A stretch of 64,000 nucleotides of DNA, taken from Macrostomum lignano. Taxonomy: Eukaryota. A program made the position numbers and the translations under genes. The stretch is taken from contig NIVC01002552.1 in the NCBI GenBank assembly GCA_002269645.1, positions 62,001 through 126,000 of the forward strand, in the 5' to 3' direction. Shown here in pieces: positions 15,090 through 27,005 of this stretch (position 1 is its first letter; each line of letters starts with the position of its first letter). Under the pieces are notes generated by a model, which saw nothing but the letters and a program-made list of their open reading frames with translations, did no database searches and was not told the DNA's origin.

Positions 15090-18000
15090 TCAGAACAGGC
15101 CGGCCACAGGCAGGAAGAGGTCAGCCAGGTGCAAGCACACGGCCGCAGGGTTCAGGTGGGTGCCAAAGCTGAAGCAGCTGCCGCCGCCGCCCAGGATGGC
15201 CAGCAGAGCCGGCCGGTCTTCCTGGCCAGTCGGGCGTCCGGCCGGCGTCAGCAGCGCCGTGGCGGAGTTGAAGGCGAGGAAGGCCTTCGAGAGGGCGGCG
15301 GAGGCGGCGGCGGGATCGAGGGAGAAGTCAGCGGCCAGGTTGACGAACTGGGCGGCGGTGCCATCAAGGCCGACTCTGATGAGGCAGAGGGTGGCCGGCT
15401 CGGTCAGCGAGCGGCTGGCGGGGCCGGCGGAGTCCGCGGAGGTGGCCACGGCGCCGCCGAAGCAGATGAGCCAGTTGGCTGGCGCCGCGGAGGTGTCGTT
15501 GCCTGGGGGAGATGGCGGGTCAGAGTGAAGCTAGACTGCTTGGGTGAATCTGGGATTATCCTTTGAGTAGATTGGGGATAATTCTTCGAGTAGATTGGGG
15601 ATTATCCTTTGAGTAGATTGGGGATAATCCTTTGAGTAGATTGAGGATTATCTTTTGAGTAGATCGGGGACTTTCCTTTGAGTAGATTAGGGATTATTTT
15701 TAGCAACAATCAAGATTATCCTTTGAGTAGATCGGGCAGTATCCATTGAGTAGATCGGGCAGTATCCATTGAGTAGATTGGCGATTATCTTTGGCAACAA
15801 TCGGGGATTATCCTAGGGCTGGATTAGGGATTGGTTCAGGAAAATGGGCATCTCCTGAAACGGATCAGAGTGGATTCTCAAGACTCCTTAAAGCAGCAGG
15901 CGCACCTTTCCCGAGCTCGGCAGCGGCCAGGCAGTGCATCGAGTGTCCGAAGCGGGTGACGGGCAGACCGGACGGACCGGCCAGGCGGCCAGAGAGGGTC
16001 AGCCGAGTCCACTGCCTGGCCAGCACGTCCAGCTGCCACAGGTCCCACATGGGCCGCAGGGCGGAGCTGCGCTGGCCGGCATCTCCATCATCGGCGGCCT
16101 CTTCAAGACTGAGGCCAGAGCTGAGGAAGGCCAGCGGCCGGCTGGGGTGGCCGCAGACGGCGTGCGAGCAGCGCGGCCCCGGGCTGGCCGGCAGTGCCTC
16201 CCAAGCCACGCCGCCGACCTCGCCGTCCAGCTGCTGCGGGGGCGGCCAGACGGCCAGGTAGGCATCCGCCAGGCACAGTCGGTCCGGGGTTCGACCCCCG
16301 TACAGGACGAGGCCTCGACGCCGCTGGCCGCCGTCGCCCAGCGGCACGGAGCAGCCGGCGTGACGCCAGCGCGCGCACGGGGGCTCGAGCTCGGGACCGT
16401 CGGCGCGCCGCTGGGCAACCTCCTCGATCGTGAAGCGGGGCGAGCCAGCGCCGTCCGGGGAGGCGGACAGCCGTAGGCGGAGCAGGCGGGCCGAGGGCCG
16501 CAGCGGACTGGCCTTGCCGCCGAACAGCAGCAGCTCCTGGGCGCCAACCTGGGCGGAGGGGAATTCGGGAATTTCAATGGGAAACATGGGGAATTACCTG
16601 AAGACTATATTGTAGAAATCCGCCTTCAAAAATATTATTAGTTGGCAAGCCGCCTCACCTGGTAGACCACGGGGCCCAGCAGGTGCTCCAGCCACTCGGA
16701 CGGGCACGGCTCCTCGGGCTTCGCGTGCTGACAGACCGGCGGCTGCTGGCTGGCCAGCCGGTAGGGGTCAATTAAGGTCAGGCAGGATAGGCGCCGGTGG
16801 CCGGCGGCCCCAGCGGGTCGACGCCGTAGCCGCCGAGCCGCAGCAGCAGCGGCGCATGCTGGGGCAGCTCCACCGGGCTGAGGCCGGTCCAGTGCAGGCG
16901 GAACTGGTCGGCGCATCCGCCCGGCAACGGCCGGACCGGCACCCGGGTCAGGTTGCCAAGCGGTTGCTGGGACAGGCCCTGCTGCACCCGCCAGCACGGG
17001 GGCTCGGCCACGGCCTCTTCCTCCTCGCCGCAGTCGCCGTGGCGCCGGGCGAGCAGCCGGGCCCGGTGATGCCGGTGGCGAAAGCCGGCGGTGTGCGCGG
17101 CCAGCACGAAGTAGTGCTCGCACTTGGCCCACCACTCCTCGAATTCATCGAATACTTCCAGGTGTTCGACTCGGCAGCGCTCGGCCAAGTCAAGCGACCG
17201 GTAGAAGGCGTTCATGTCCAGGGCCTCGACCCGCTGCCAACCCTGGGGGGTGTTCGCAGCGAGGATCGCGGTAATTTTGGTCATCAAATAGCGTTCATTG
17301 TTGAAACAGACACTTACTACTGAAAATCGTTCTCTTTGATCGGCCAAATACGGGTATTTTTCGATGCACTTTAGACGCGAGCCCAGACCTTTGAAGTGCT
17401 GACACCTGTGGATTGCGAGTTTTTGGGGTTGTAGAGGGTGATTCTGTGTGGTGAGTGGCGATTCTGTGGGGTGAGTGGCGATTCTGTGGGGTGACTGGCG
17501 ATTCTGTGGGGTGAGTGGCGATTCCGTGGGGTGACTGGCGATTCTGTGAGGTGAGTGGCGATTCTGTGAGGTGAGTGGCGATTCCGTGGGGTGACTGACG
17601 ATTCTGTGGGGTGACTGGCGATTCTGTGGGGTGACTGGCGATTCTGCAGGGTGACTGGCCATTCTGCAGGATTAGTGGCGAATCTGTGGGGTGACTGGCG
17701 ATTCTGTGGAGTGAGGGGCCATTCTGCAGGGTCACTGGCGATTCTGCGGGTGAGTGGCGATTCTGTGGGGTGACTGGCGATTCTGTCGGGTGACTGGCGA
17801 TTCTGTGTGGTCACTGGCGATTCTGTGAGGTGAGTGGCGACTCTGTGAGGTGACTGGCGATTCTGTGGGGTGACTGGCGATTCTGTGGGGTGACTGGCGA
17901 TTCTGTGGGGTGACTGGCGATTCTGTGGGGTGACTGGCGATTCTGTGAGGTGAGTGGCGATTCTGTGGGGTGACTGGCGATTCTGTGGGGTGACTGGCGA

Positions 18001-20659
18001 TTCTGTGAGGTGAGTGGCGATTCTGTGGGGTGAGTGCAAATACAGCCAGCGCAGTTCAGCCCACATGATGACTCCGAAGCCGTCATAAGGCCGGATTTGC
18101 TCATACAGCAGGAAGACGCTGCAGGGGAACTCTTGACTGATCCAGTTTATCAGCCGATCGGCGCTGCGGGTAAGCCGATGCGGATTGGCCATGAGATAAG
18201 ATATGGCGAACTTGAGCTGGAGTCGCTATGTATTAAAGCAATCAGAGTCATTTAAAATAGTCATTAAATAGATTAGGGGTTTTCTTAAGTTGGACCAGGG
18301 ATTACCTTTGAAATGGATTGGGGATTATCCTAGGGATGGATTAGGGATTATCATTGGAATGGATTGGGGATTATCCTTGGGATTGATTGGGGATTATCCT
18401 TGGAATGGATTGGGGATTATCCTTGGAATGGATTGGGGATTATCCTAGGGATGGATTGGGGATTATCCTTGGAATGGATTGGGGATTATCCTTGGAATGG
18501 ATTGGGGATTATCCTTGGAATGGATTGGGGATTATCCTTGGAATGGATTGGGGATTATCCTTGGAATGGATTAGGATTATCCTTGGGATGGATTAGAGAT
18601 TATCCTTGAACTGGAATGGTGTTTGGAGTTATCCTGAACTTGTGCATCAATGTGTGACAAAACTCGAGGGTTCTGAGAATACCTTACATTATAAGTGTCA
18701 CAGGTGACAAATTGAACAGCCTGATGACTCACTGCTTGGGCGCCACATAGGTGAGCACGCACTCAGAGAAGAACAGAGCTGGCGCAGTCCAGTCTGGGAT
18801 CAGCTCGCGGAGACAGGCGGCCAGCACTGGCTCGTGAGTGAGGTCCGATGCTACTAGGCAGTAGTCTGCTGAGCGCACCACTGGAGAGGGAGGGGGCGGA
18901 GGTCAATAGGTTAGAGAGTGCAATCTGTACTTTATGCCGTGCTGAAGAAACAGAGTAATTGATACTGACTATAATTTGCGCAGTGGCCATGGAAAACCGC
19001 GCGAACTCCAATAGACAGACAGATTTGAAAAGACTTCACAGAATTATAAAAGATCGCTCACACTTCATAGCTTTGGAAAATCGCCCCAGACTCCATAGCC
19101 CTGGAAAAATCGCCCAGACTCCATGGCCCTGGAAAAATCGCCCAGACTCCATAGCCCTGGAAAAACCGCCCAGACTCCATAGCCCTGGAAAAATCGCCCC
19201 AGACTCTATAGCTATAGAAAATCGCCCAGACTCCATAGCCCTGGAAAAATCGCCCAGACTCCATAGCCCTGGAAAAATCGCCCAGACTCCATAGCCCTGG
19301 AAAAATCGCCCAGACTCCATAGCCCCGGAAAAACCGCCCAGACTCCATAGCCCTGGAAAAATCGCCCTAGACTCCATAGCTATAGAAAATCGCCCAGACT
19401 CCATAGCTATGGAAAATCGCCCCAGGCTCCATAGGTATGGAAAAATCTCCCAGACTTCATAGCTATGGAAAAATCGTCAAAACTTCAGACTGCTTTAGAA
19501 AAAACCCACAACGTGGATCCCAAAAGCAGCCCCCAATAAGCAGAAGCGGAGGCCGCCAGCCCCCACTTGCCTAAATTGGAGCCCAACTCAAGCTGGTAGT
19601 CACCAATGACGGTCGTCAGCAACTCGGACTGCTGGATCAGCCGCGCCTTGTTCGCCACCACATCGTAGTAGTCAATCTGGAGCGGGAAGGTTCGAGTGAC
19701 AGAGAGGCTCTGGAGAGTCAGCAAGTCAATCATCAACGAATCTGCATCACACATGCGCAACACCCGGCTGACTGGCGAGGGGCCCAGCCAAGGTAAGTGG
19801 CAAAAATGTAAAGGGGAAACAGACGTAGTACTAATTAGATGACGAGACATTTAGCCTTAATAGTACAGCTATAGTTACTCTTGCTGTTTACCCAGAATTA
19901 CGCTAATTTTGCTGTTTTCTTAGGTGAGTCGTATTTTTGTCAAAAAAGTAATTTGCATGATGATCTGCATCAGAATACCTCGATATAGTAGATGCCGTCC
20001 AGGAGACCGTTAGACTTCAGCCTGAAGTAGGCCGTGTCGAAACCCGCGCCCAGCGATATAATCTGAAAAATGAAAAAATGTTCATCATGCTACTGATTGG
20101 AAGTAGAAGAACTCTACAAAAAACTCCTAGGACTTACGTAGCGAGTCTGCCCTTCTGATGACGTGGCGCTGATGAAATTCTGAAGGGCCTGGTCCATAGC
20201 CTTCATGCGAATGTAGTAGCCGCTGCAGTGGTTTTTTATTAAGAACAGCTCAATGGAAAACCCTGGCTGATCATAAAAATAGAACTGACAGACTTTCTGA
20301 TTTCTAATCTTATCTACACTCTCTGCTGCTTTGGGGTTGGTTGTTTTTTCCGTACACAAGTCCCGCATGAATGCGGCCCCGCACGGACCCCCCCCCTCAG
20401 TGTGGTAAAATTTGTTTTGGTGGGGGACCCTACCAATTTGACTCTGATCAAATTATTGAACTGGCCTCAATATTCAAGCCAGGGTCAAAAAGCGAGACCC
20501 GAACCCCAGCCGCACGAACCGGTTAATCAGCGGAGCCCGGCGAGCCCTCTTGCGCACCATCAGCGACACGAAGGGGTCATCAAAGTAGCCTCTCTCAACA
20601 GCCGAGGCCTTGCTCACTATGCTGCTGTCATTGGTGCCCTGCACCTGCTTCTCGGACAT
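15090..20659 (-). CDS. LCMT2: tRNA wybutosine-synthesizing protein 4 / leucine carboxyl methyltransferase 2 (LCM domain + Kelch repeats); 10 exons: 20520-20659, 20138-20222, 19979-20062, 19571-19676, 18733-18880, 18065-18163, 17318-17405, 16659-17242, 15906-16548, 15090-15502
   Basis: VQGTNDSSIVSK..A..RGYF.DPF...RRAPLINRGYYIR; ISLGAGFDT; FFSECVLTY; YEQIRPYDGFG; DMNAFY...FDEFEEW..KCEHYF; Kelch LFGG motifs; C-terminal GGGGSCFSFGTHLN. All nine introns are phase-compatible; intron 4 is GC-AG. Needs +1 G at 16808-16811. Confidence 0.92.
15548..15830. repeat. 23-bp minisatellite in LCMT2 intron 9
   Basis: Unit GATTATCCTTTGAGTAGATTGGG. Confidence 0.9.
17440..18035. repeat. 20-bp minisatellite, ~30 copies, in LCMT2 intron 6
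   Basis: Unit GGTGA(C/G)TGGCGATTCTGTG(G/A). Confidence 0.97.
18295..18610. repeat. 23-bp minisatellite in LCMT2 intron 5
   Basis: Unit GATTATCCTTGGAATGGATTGGG. Confidence 0.95.
19075..19480. repeat. 28-bp minisatellite in LCMT2 intron 4
   Basis: Unit CGCCCAGACTCCATAGCCCTGGAAAAAT. Confidence 0.95.
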
Positions 20660-20773
20660 CGCGCCGGCCGAACTGCTGTGGCCGGTTCTGTCCGGGATTT
20701 TTAGCTGCGCAACAGATAGCTGCGGCTGTTAGCTGCAAGTCTATGGCAAACTTTTAGCTGCTACGAAAAGTCT

Positions 20774-21615
20774 GGTGAGGGGCGAATCTCACGTGTCTGG
20801 TGAGGGGCGAATCTCACGTGTCTGGCGAGGGGCGAATCTCACGTGTCTGGTGAGGGGCGAATCTCACGTGTCTGGTGAGGGGCGAATCTCACGTGTCTGG
20901 TGAGGGGCGAATCTCACGTGTCTGGCGAGGGGCGAATCTCACGTGTCTGGTGAGGGGCGAATCTCACGTGTCTGGTGAGGGGCGAATCTCACGTGTCTGG
21001 TGAGGGGCGAATCTCACGTGTCTGGTGAGGGGCGAATCTCACGTGTCTGGCGAGGGGAATCTCATGTGTCCATGGTGAGGGGAATCTCATGTGTCTGGTA
21101 AGAGGAATCTCATGTGTCTGGTGAGGGGAATCTAATGTGTCTCGTAAGGGGAATCTCATGTGTCTGGTAAGAGGAATCTCATGTGTCTGGTGAGGGGAAT
21201 CTAATGTGTCTCGTAAGGGGAATCTCATGTGTCTGGTAAGGGGAATCTCATGTGTCTGGTGAGGGGAATCTCATGTGTCTGGTGAGGGGAATCTAATGTG
21301 TCTCGTAAGGGGAATCTCATGTGTCTGGTAAGGGGAATCTCATGTGTCTGGTGAGGGGAATCTCATGTGTCCATGGTGAGGGGAATCTCATGTGTCTGGT
21401 GAGGGAGGGGAATCTCATGTGTCTGGTGAGGGGAATCTCATGTGTCCATGGTGAGGGGAATCTCATGTGTCTGGTGAGGGAGGGGAATCTCATGTGTCTG
21501 GTGAGGGGAATCTCATGTGTCTGGTAAGGGGAATCTCATGTGTCTGGTAAGGGGAATCTCATGTGTCTGGTGAGGGGAATCTCATGTGTCTGGTGAGAGG
21601 CGATTCTCACTTGTC
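20774..21615. repeat. Bipartite minisatellite: eleven 25-bp units followed by derived ~23-bp units, upstream of LCMT2
   Basis: GGTGAGGGGCGAATCTCACGTGTCT x11, then GGTGAGGGGAATCTCATGTGTCT variants. Confidence 0.97.
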
Positions 21616-22024
21616 TGGTAAGGGGCATTTTGATAGGCCTTTTAAATCTAAATTTTAAATTTAAACCTTTAAACCGGTGTGATAGAATAGAGTGCAGCAT
21701 CAATAAGCAATAAAATTTTTTGACGCAAAAGAAACAGGACACCTCTGGCATTGTTGCCGATTCATAAAGAGAGATTGCTGCTCAGACCTTGCAGCACCAG
21801 GTGTGGCTGCGTAAAACACATTTAATAGTTTCAACTACAGTTAATTATAAAACTAGACATAACTGGGGCTTCTATGTTCAACTAATCAAGGTATTTAGTT
21901 ATAGGCTACTAGGCATGATATAAAAGTTCGAGCACAAAAATATCGCTTTATCTGTGTATGAATTTGTGGATCTCGAATGTACTTGTAAACTGGGAAAACT
22001 TCGACATCCCACGCTGCGCAGGAA

Positions 22025-22475
22025 TACACAATCAAGGTCACACAGGGGTCAATAAATACACAATCAAGGTCACACAGGGGACAATAAATACACAATCAAG
22101 GTCACACAGGGGACAATAAATACACAATCAAGGTCACACAGGGGTCAATAAGTACACAATGAAGGTCACACAGGGGTCAATAATACACAATGAAGGTCAC
22201 ACAAGGGTCAATAAATACGCAATCAAGGTCACACAGGGGTCAATGAATACACAATCAAGGTCACACAGGGGTCAATAAATACGCAATCAAGGTCACACAG
22301 GGGTCAATGAATACACAATCAAGGTCACACAGGGGTCAATGAATACACAATCAAGGTCACACAGGGGTTAATAAATACACAATCAAGGTTACACAGGGGT
22401 CAATAAATACACAATTAAGGTCACACTGGGTCAAGGAAAACACAATTAAGGTCACACCGGGTCAAGGAAAACACA
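22025..22475. repeat. 32-bp minisatellite, ~13 copies, between ADSL and LCMT2
   Basis: Unit TACACAATCAAGGTCACACAGGGGTCAATAAA. Confidence 0.95.
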
Positions 22476-22672
22476 AGATCATACAGGGTAGAGGTCACAC
22501 GCGTACATAAGGTCACATAAGGTCAAGGCATAGTCACGAAACCCACGCAATGCCCTCCTAAGTATAAAAACTGTCTCTACATCTACGACAGTAGTAAGTT
22601 GAAAATCGATCCTAAAGGTCAAACCAGCCGGGTCACACCAGCCTGTCACACCAGCCGGGTCACACCAGGCTG

Positions 22673-23596
22673 TCACACGCGCTGCTCCACCGCAGTCAGT
22701 TTCTCCAGCGCGGCAGTGAACGGAGCCAGCGCCGGGGCCACCTCCTCGGCTAGGAAGCGGTCCACCTGCCGAGGCGCCCGGCCCACGAAGGTGGCGGGGT
22801 CCAGCAGCTCAGGCAGCCGGTCTCGAATCGGGGCGAAGTAATCCGAGGCCTGGATCCGCTCGATCAGGTCGTTGTCAAGGCCGCGCTCCTTCACCTGGGC
22901 TGCGGCTTGCTGGCTCAGCTGACGGATCACCTCGTGGCATTCCTGGAGAGGCGGAGTTGGCGGGGGTGGCTGACAGTCTGTGTGGGACAAGTAACAAGGA
23001 AAGGAGTGTGACCGGCAGATGATAGGCAGACATGACAGACAGATGACAGGCAGACATGACAGACAGACAATTTCAGTGCTCAATTCAGACATCAGTCTGG
23101 CCTGTCTCACCTGGCGATTGCCGCCAGCCTTCACCATGGCGGCCAGGATGTTCTCGGTGGCCATAAAGGGCAGCTCCTCCTTGAGATGGCGCTGGATGAC
23201 CATCGGGTAGACCACCAGGCCGTCGAATACGCTGCCCAGGGTGCTGGCAACGATGTCGGCGGCCAGGAACGCCTCCGGGATGCTCAGGCGGCGGTTGCTG
23301 GAGTCGTCCAGGGTGCGCTCCATCCACTGCACCGAATGGGTGTTCAGGGCGTCCTGAGCGGGCGGGTGGGCGCGGCAGAGCTGTGAAATATTGCAGTGGG
23401 TCTCGGAGGAGAAGAGAAAATAAAAACACCAGAGGGACAGCTAACAGTCGGACAGACACTAAGACAGACAGTTAGACAGACACTAAGACAGACATACAGA
23501 CAGACAATAAGACAGACAGTCAGACAGACAGTCAGGCAGACATAATAAAACAGACAGTCAGACAGACAGACACAAGACAGACAGACAGACACACGC

Positions 23597-23633
<37 letters not shown>

Positions 23634-23740
23634 GGCAGACAGACAGACAGGCAGACAGACAGGCAGACAGACAGACAGACAGACAGACAGGCAGGCAGAC
23701 AGACAGACAGACAGGCAGGCAGACAGGCAGACAGACAGGC

Positions 23741-23789
<49 letters not shown>

Positions 23790-25265
23790 GGCAGACAGAC
23801 AGACAGACACCTGCGCCAGAGCCATGACGTGGCGGGCCAGGCCGCAGACCCGCTCCAGCCGCATGGGGTTCCGCTTGTACGGCATGGCGGAGGAGCCGAT
23901 CTGGTCGCGCTCAAACGGCTCCTCGATCTCCTTCCAGGAGGCCAGCAAGCGCAGGTCGGTGGCGATTTTGTGCGCGGTGGCGCCGAAGCCGGCCAGCTGC
24001 AGCAGGACTTCAGAGTCCACCTTGCGGCTGTAGGTCTGCCCGGTGACGATGTAGGTGGCGGGGAAGCCGGCCTTGGCCGTCACCAGCTTGTCCAGCCGTT
24101 CCACCCGATCGTGGTCGCCGTCGAACAGCTGCAGGAAGCTGGCCTGGGTGCCGGTGGTGCCTTTGACGCCGCGGAAGCGCAGGTCGGCCCGGCAGCGGCT
24201 GAGGTTGCGCAGGTCGGCCAGGAGGTCGGCCAGCCACAGACAGGCCCGCTTGCCCATAGTGGTGAGCTGGGCGGGCTGCAGGTGCGTGAAGCCCAGGCAG
24301 GCCAGCGAGCGGTGCTGGCCGGCGAATCGCGACAGGGCGGCGATTGCGGCCGCGAGCCTGGCAGGGGCAGCGGAGCGGCGATTTATGCTACGTACAGTAG
24401 GAACATTTGAGGCAATAGACAGTTGAGCGTAAACTGGTTGCACATTGATAGTTGAGCAGAGCTTAAAGCGTATCTACGAATACTTAGTTTGACCTTTAGT
24501 GGTTGAGAACAGCGGAGGAAGAGTAGTGAGCTGAAGAGCTGAATATATGACGATACAATTGCGTTCTTTATTTCGGATAAAAAATTGACTTATACTGATT
24601 GCTAGTAACTGATTACTCATAATTACCATTGTGCTATTTTTATTAGCATGACTCATGATTACCCGTCTGCTATTTTTAGTAGCCTGACTCATGACTACCA
24701 GTGTGCTATTTTTAGTAGCATGACTCATAATTACCTTGTGCTATCTTTAGTAGCATGACTCATGATTACCAGTGTGCTATTTTTAGTAGCCTGACTCATG
24801 ACTACCAGTGTGCTATTTTTAGTAGCATGACTCATAATTACCAGTGTTGCTATTGGGTAGCTACCTGGGTAGCAGGATGTCCAGCGCATCGCGCAGGCAA
24901 ATTAGATCGGTGTTGTCTCCAACATAGGCGGACGTGGCGCCCAGGTGGATGACGGCGGCGGCCGCGGGACACTGGGCGGCAAAGGCGTGCACGTGCGCCA
25001 TGACGTCGTGCTTCCGCTTCCGCTCCTCCTCGGCAGCCAATCGCAGGTCGAGCAGGTCCAGGCTGGCGCGCATCTCGGCCAGCTGCCGGTCAGTGATGGC
25101 CAGACCCAGCTGCTGCTGCGACTCGGCCAGCCACAGCCACAGGCGGCGCCAGGTGGTGAATTTTTTGCGGTCGCCAAAGTTGGCCGCCATCTCGGGGCTG
25201 GCGTAGCGAGCCACCAGGGGGGAGCGGTAAACCTCAGCCTGGAGGTCCTCGTCCGACTGCTGCAT
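22673..25265 (-). CDS. ADSL: Adenylosuccinate lyase; 4 exons: 24865-25265, 23811-24357, 23111-23353, 22673-22942
   Basis: [57 protein letters not shown], signature [41 protein letters not shown] introns in phases 2, 0, 0. Confidence 0.96.
23450..23810. repeat. (GACA)n microsatellite filling ADSL intron 2
   Basis: GACA/GGCA run abutting the donor at 23810. Confidence 0.95.
24640..24845. repeat. 36-bp minisatellite, ~6 copies, in ADSL intron 1
   Basis: Unit TGACTCAT(G/A)A(C/T)TACCAGTGTGCTATTTTTAGTAGC(A/C). Confidence 0.9.
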
Positions 25266-25656
25266 TTCCGGGACAGCCGACTGCAGCGGTTGTTTTGATT
25301 CAAGTCAGGTGCGTCCAGATAAACTGCTGAACTTCGGACATAATCTCAAAAATGACTTTACTAACTTAAAAGATTAACAAATAACAGGTGTTACACATCT
25401 CGAAAACTGCTAATTATGAAACAATTGCTTCATTTATTTCAGCAGCATAAAATCACGCGTGCATGAAAATGAAGATGGAAGCAAAATGCATTGATAAATT
25501 GTCTATTTGTACAACTACACGAGCGATGCTGTATGCAGTGTGCGAAGATGGAAAACTAATCAATATGGCACATACATGAATTGCTAAAGTTACACGTAAT
25601 CTATATTTTTTTAAACTAAAACTTCAAACAGACAGTAGGTTTTAGAATGCCAACTA

Positions 25657-26697
25657 TAACGGGTGATCCAAAAAAATGGACAAACCCTGCAGTGAAACTG
25701 TGCCAAGGCAATACAGTGAATCCTTACAGGCTCGCAGCAGGTGAATCCTGACACCTGTAAGAATTTTTCTGCCAAATTTGGAATGGATATCTTTATCCAG
25801 TTTCCTAAAATAGCCATTCTAAATTTAGCCAACAGTCACTTTCAACTTGAAGCCATAGACAGTAGATGTGCAATTGTAGGAATGACCGCATGACAGCCAA
25901 CACACAAGAAGATCTGCTTTAAGGTCAAATTTATTGAAACAATGAAGCAATGAAACAATGAAATAATTTAAAACAAAGGAGCAATAAAATTTTGTCTTCA
26001 TCCTTTCCCCAGTCACCTGTGTCGCAGCTGTCGACCATCGGCTTCAACGCACTCCTGCAGACGAGGCAGAAACGCGTCAACAGCATTACGCACTGCTTGC
26101 ATGCTGTTTGTTCTGATGTCATTGAAAGCAGCAACGATTGCTTGGTTCAACATGGCGACGTTCAGGAAGCCTCCGTTTGCGAAAACGCGGTCTTTCACAA
26201 AGCCCCACAGAAAATAGTCCACAGGATTGAGGTCAGGAGACATTGAGGGCCACGGCATGTCAAAAAGCCTACCAATAATTCTGTTGTGTCCGAATGTATC
26301 ATGCAGAAATGCCCGCGTGGCCAAAGCCTCCGAGCTGCTGATGTTACGCTACTGCCATTTGCGTAGTAAAATTGCAGAATTCTCACTCGATCTTCCTCAG
26401 TGAATTTGCTGGCCATCTCGATCATCATTTTCATCCTGTCTTTGGCTTTAAGTTGAAAGTGTCTTTGGTTGTTTCTGCAATTACACATCCACTGTCCACG
26501 GCCTCAAGTTGAAAGTGACTGTTGGCTAAATTTAGAATGGCTATCCTAGGAAACTGGACAAAGACATCCATTCCAAAGTTGGCAGAAAAAATCTTACAGG
26601 TGTCAGGATTCACCTGCTGCGAGCCTGTAAAGATTCACTGTATTGCATTGGCACAGTTTCACTACAAAGTTTGTTCATTTTTTTGGATCACCCGTTA
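25657..26697 (-). mobile_element. Internally deleted Tc1/mariner element (maT/rosa-like) with ~230-bp TIRs and TA TSD
   Basis: TA|TAACGGGTGATCCAAAAAAATG ... CATTTTTTTGGATCACCCGTTA|TA. Interior carries an N-terminal HTH (MASKFTEEDRVRILQFYYANGSSVTSAARR) fused directly to C-terminal WPSMSPDLNPVDYFLWGFVKD...RLQECVEADG; the first two catalytic aspartate motifs are missing. Confidence 0.9.
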
Positions 26698-26863
26698 TAT
26701 TTAATCAACTTTGCCTGTTCGCCTTGCCTATGTCCCTAGTGTTAAGCTCGCGGAGATTATTGGTAGCGTTAACTCCGCTACCATAGACAATACAGGGAGC
26801 GGAGATTTAAATCTCCGCCGGAGATTAACTCGTGCTAAATATAGATTGCCTCGAGGCTTACAG

Positions 26864-27005
26864 GCTGTTGATTAAATTAAAATAACCCACTGAAACTCTG
26901 AGATACTCTATGGCAAAATCTCCTCGGCTTCGCCTCGGAGATTCTGCATAGAGTATCTCCTCGTTTCAGTGGTTTATTACACATTTAATTAATAGACCTC
27001 ACAGC
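26864..27005. mobile_element. Palindromic foldback MITE-like element
   Basis: Arms AATAACCCACTGAAAC..GAGATACTCTATG..AAAATCTCC / GGAGATTCTGCATAGAGTATCTC..GTTTCAGTGGTTTATT around the loop TCGGCTTCGCCTC. Confidence 0.65.

Noticed and set aside
15016-15566. + strand 170/178-aa ORFs
   Set aside because: Antisense to LCMT2 exon 10, which has the conserved GGGGxCFSFGT motif on the minus strand.
22025-22475. Regular 32-bp repeats (and other 20-50-bp arrays) as possible CRISPR arrays
   Set aside because: Head-to-tail tandem units with no unique spacers, eukaryotic context, no cas genes.
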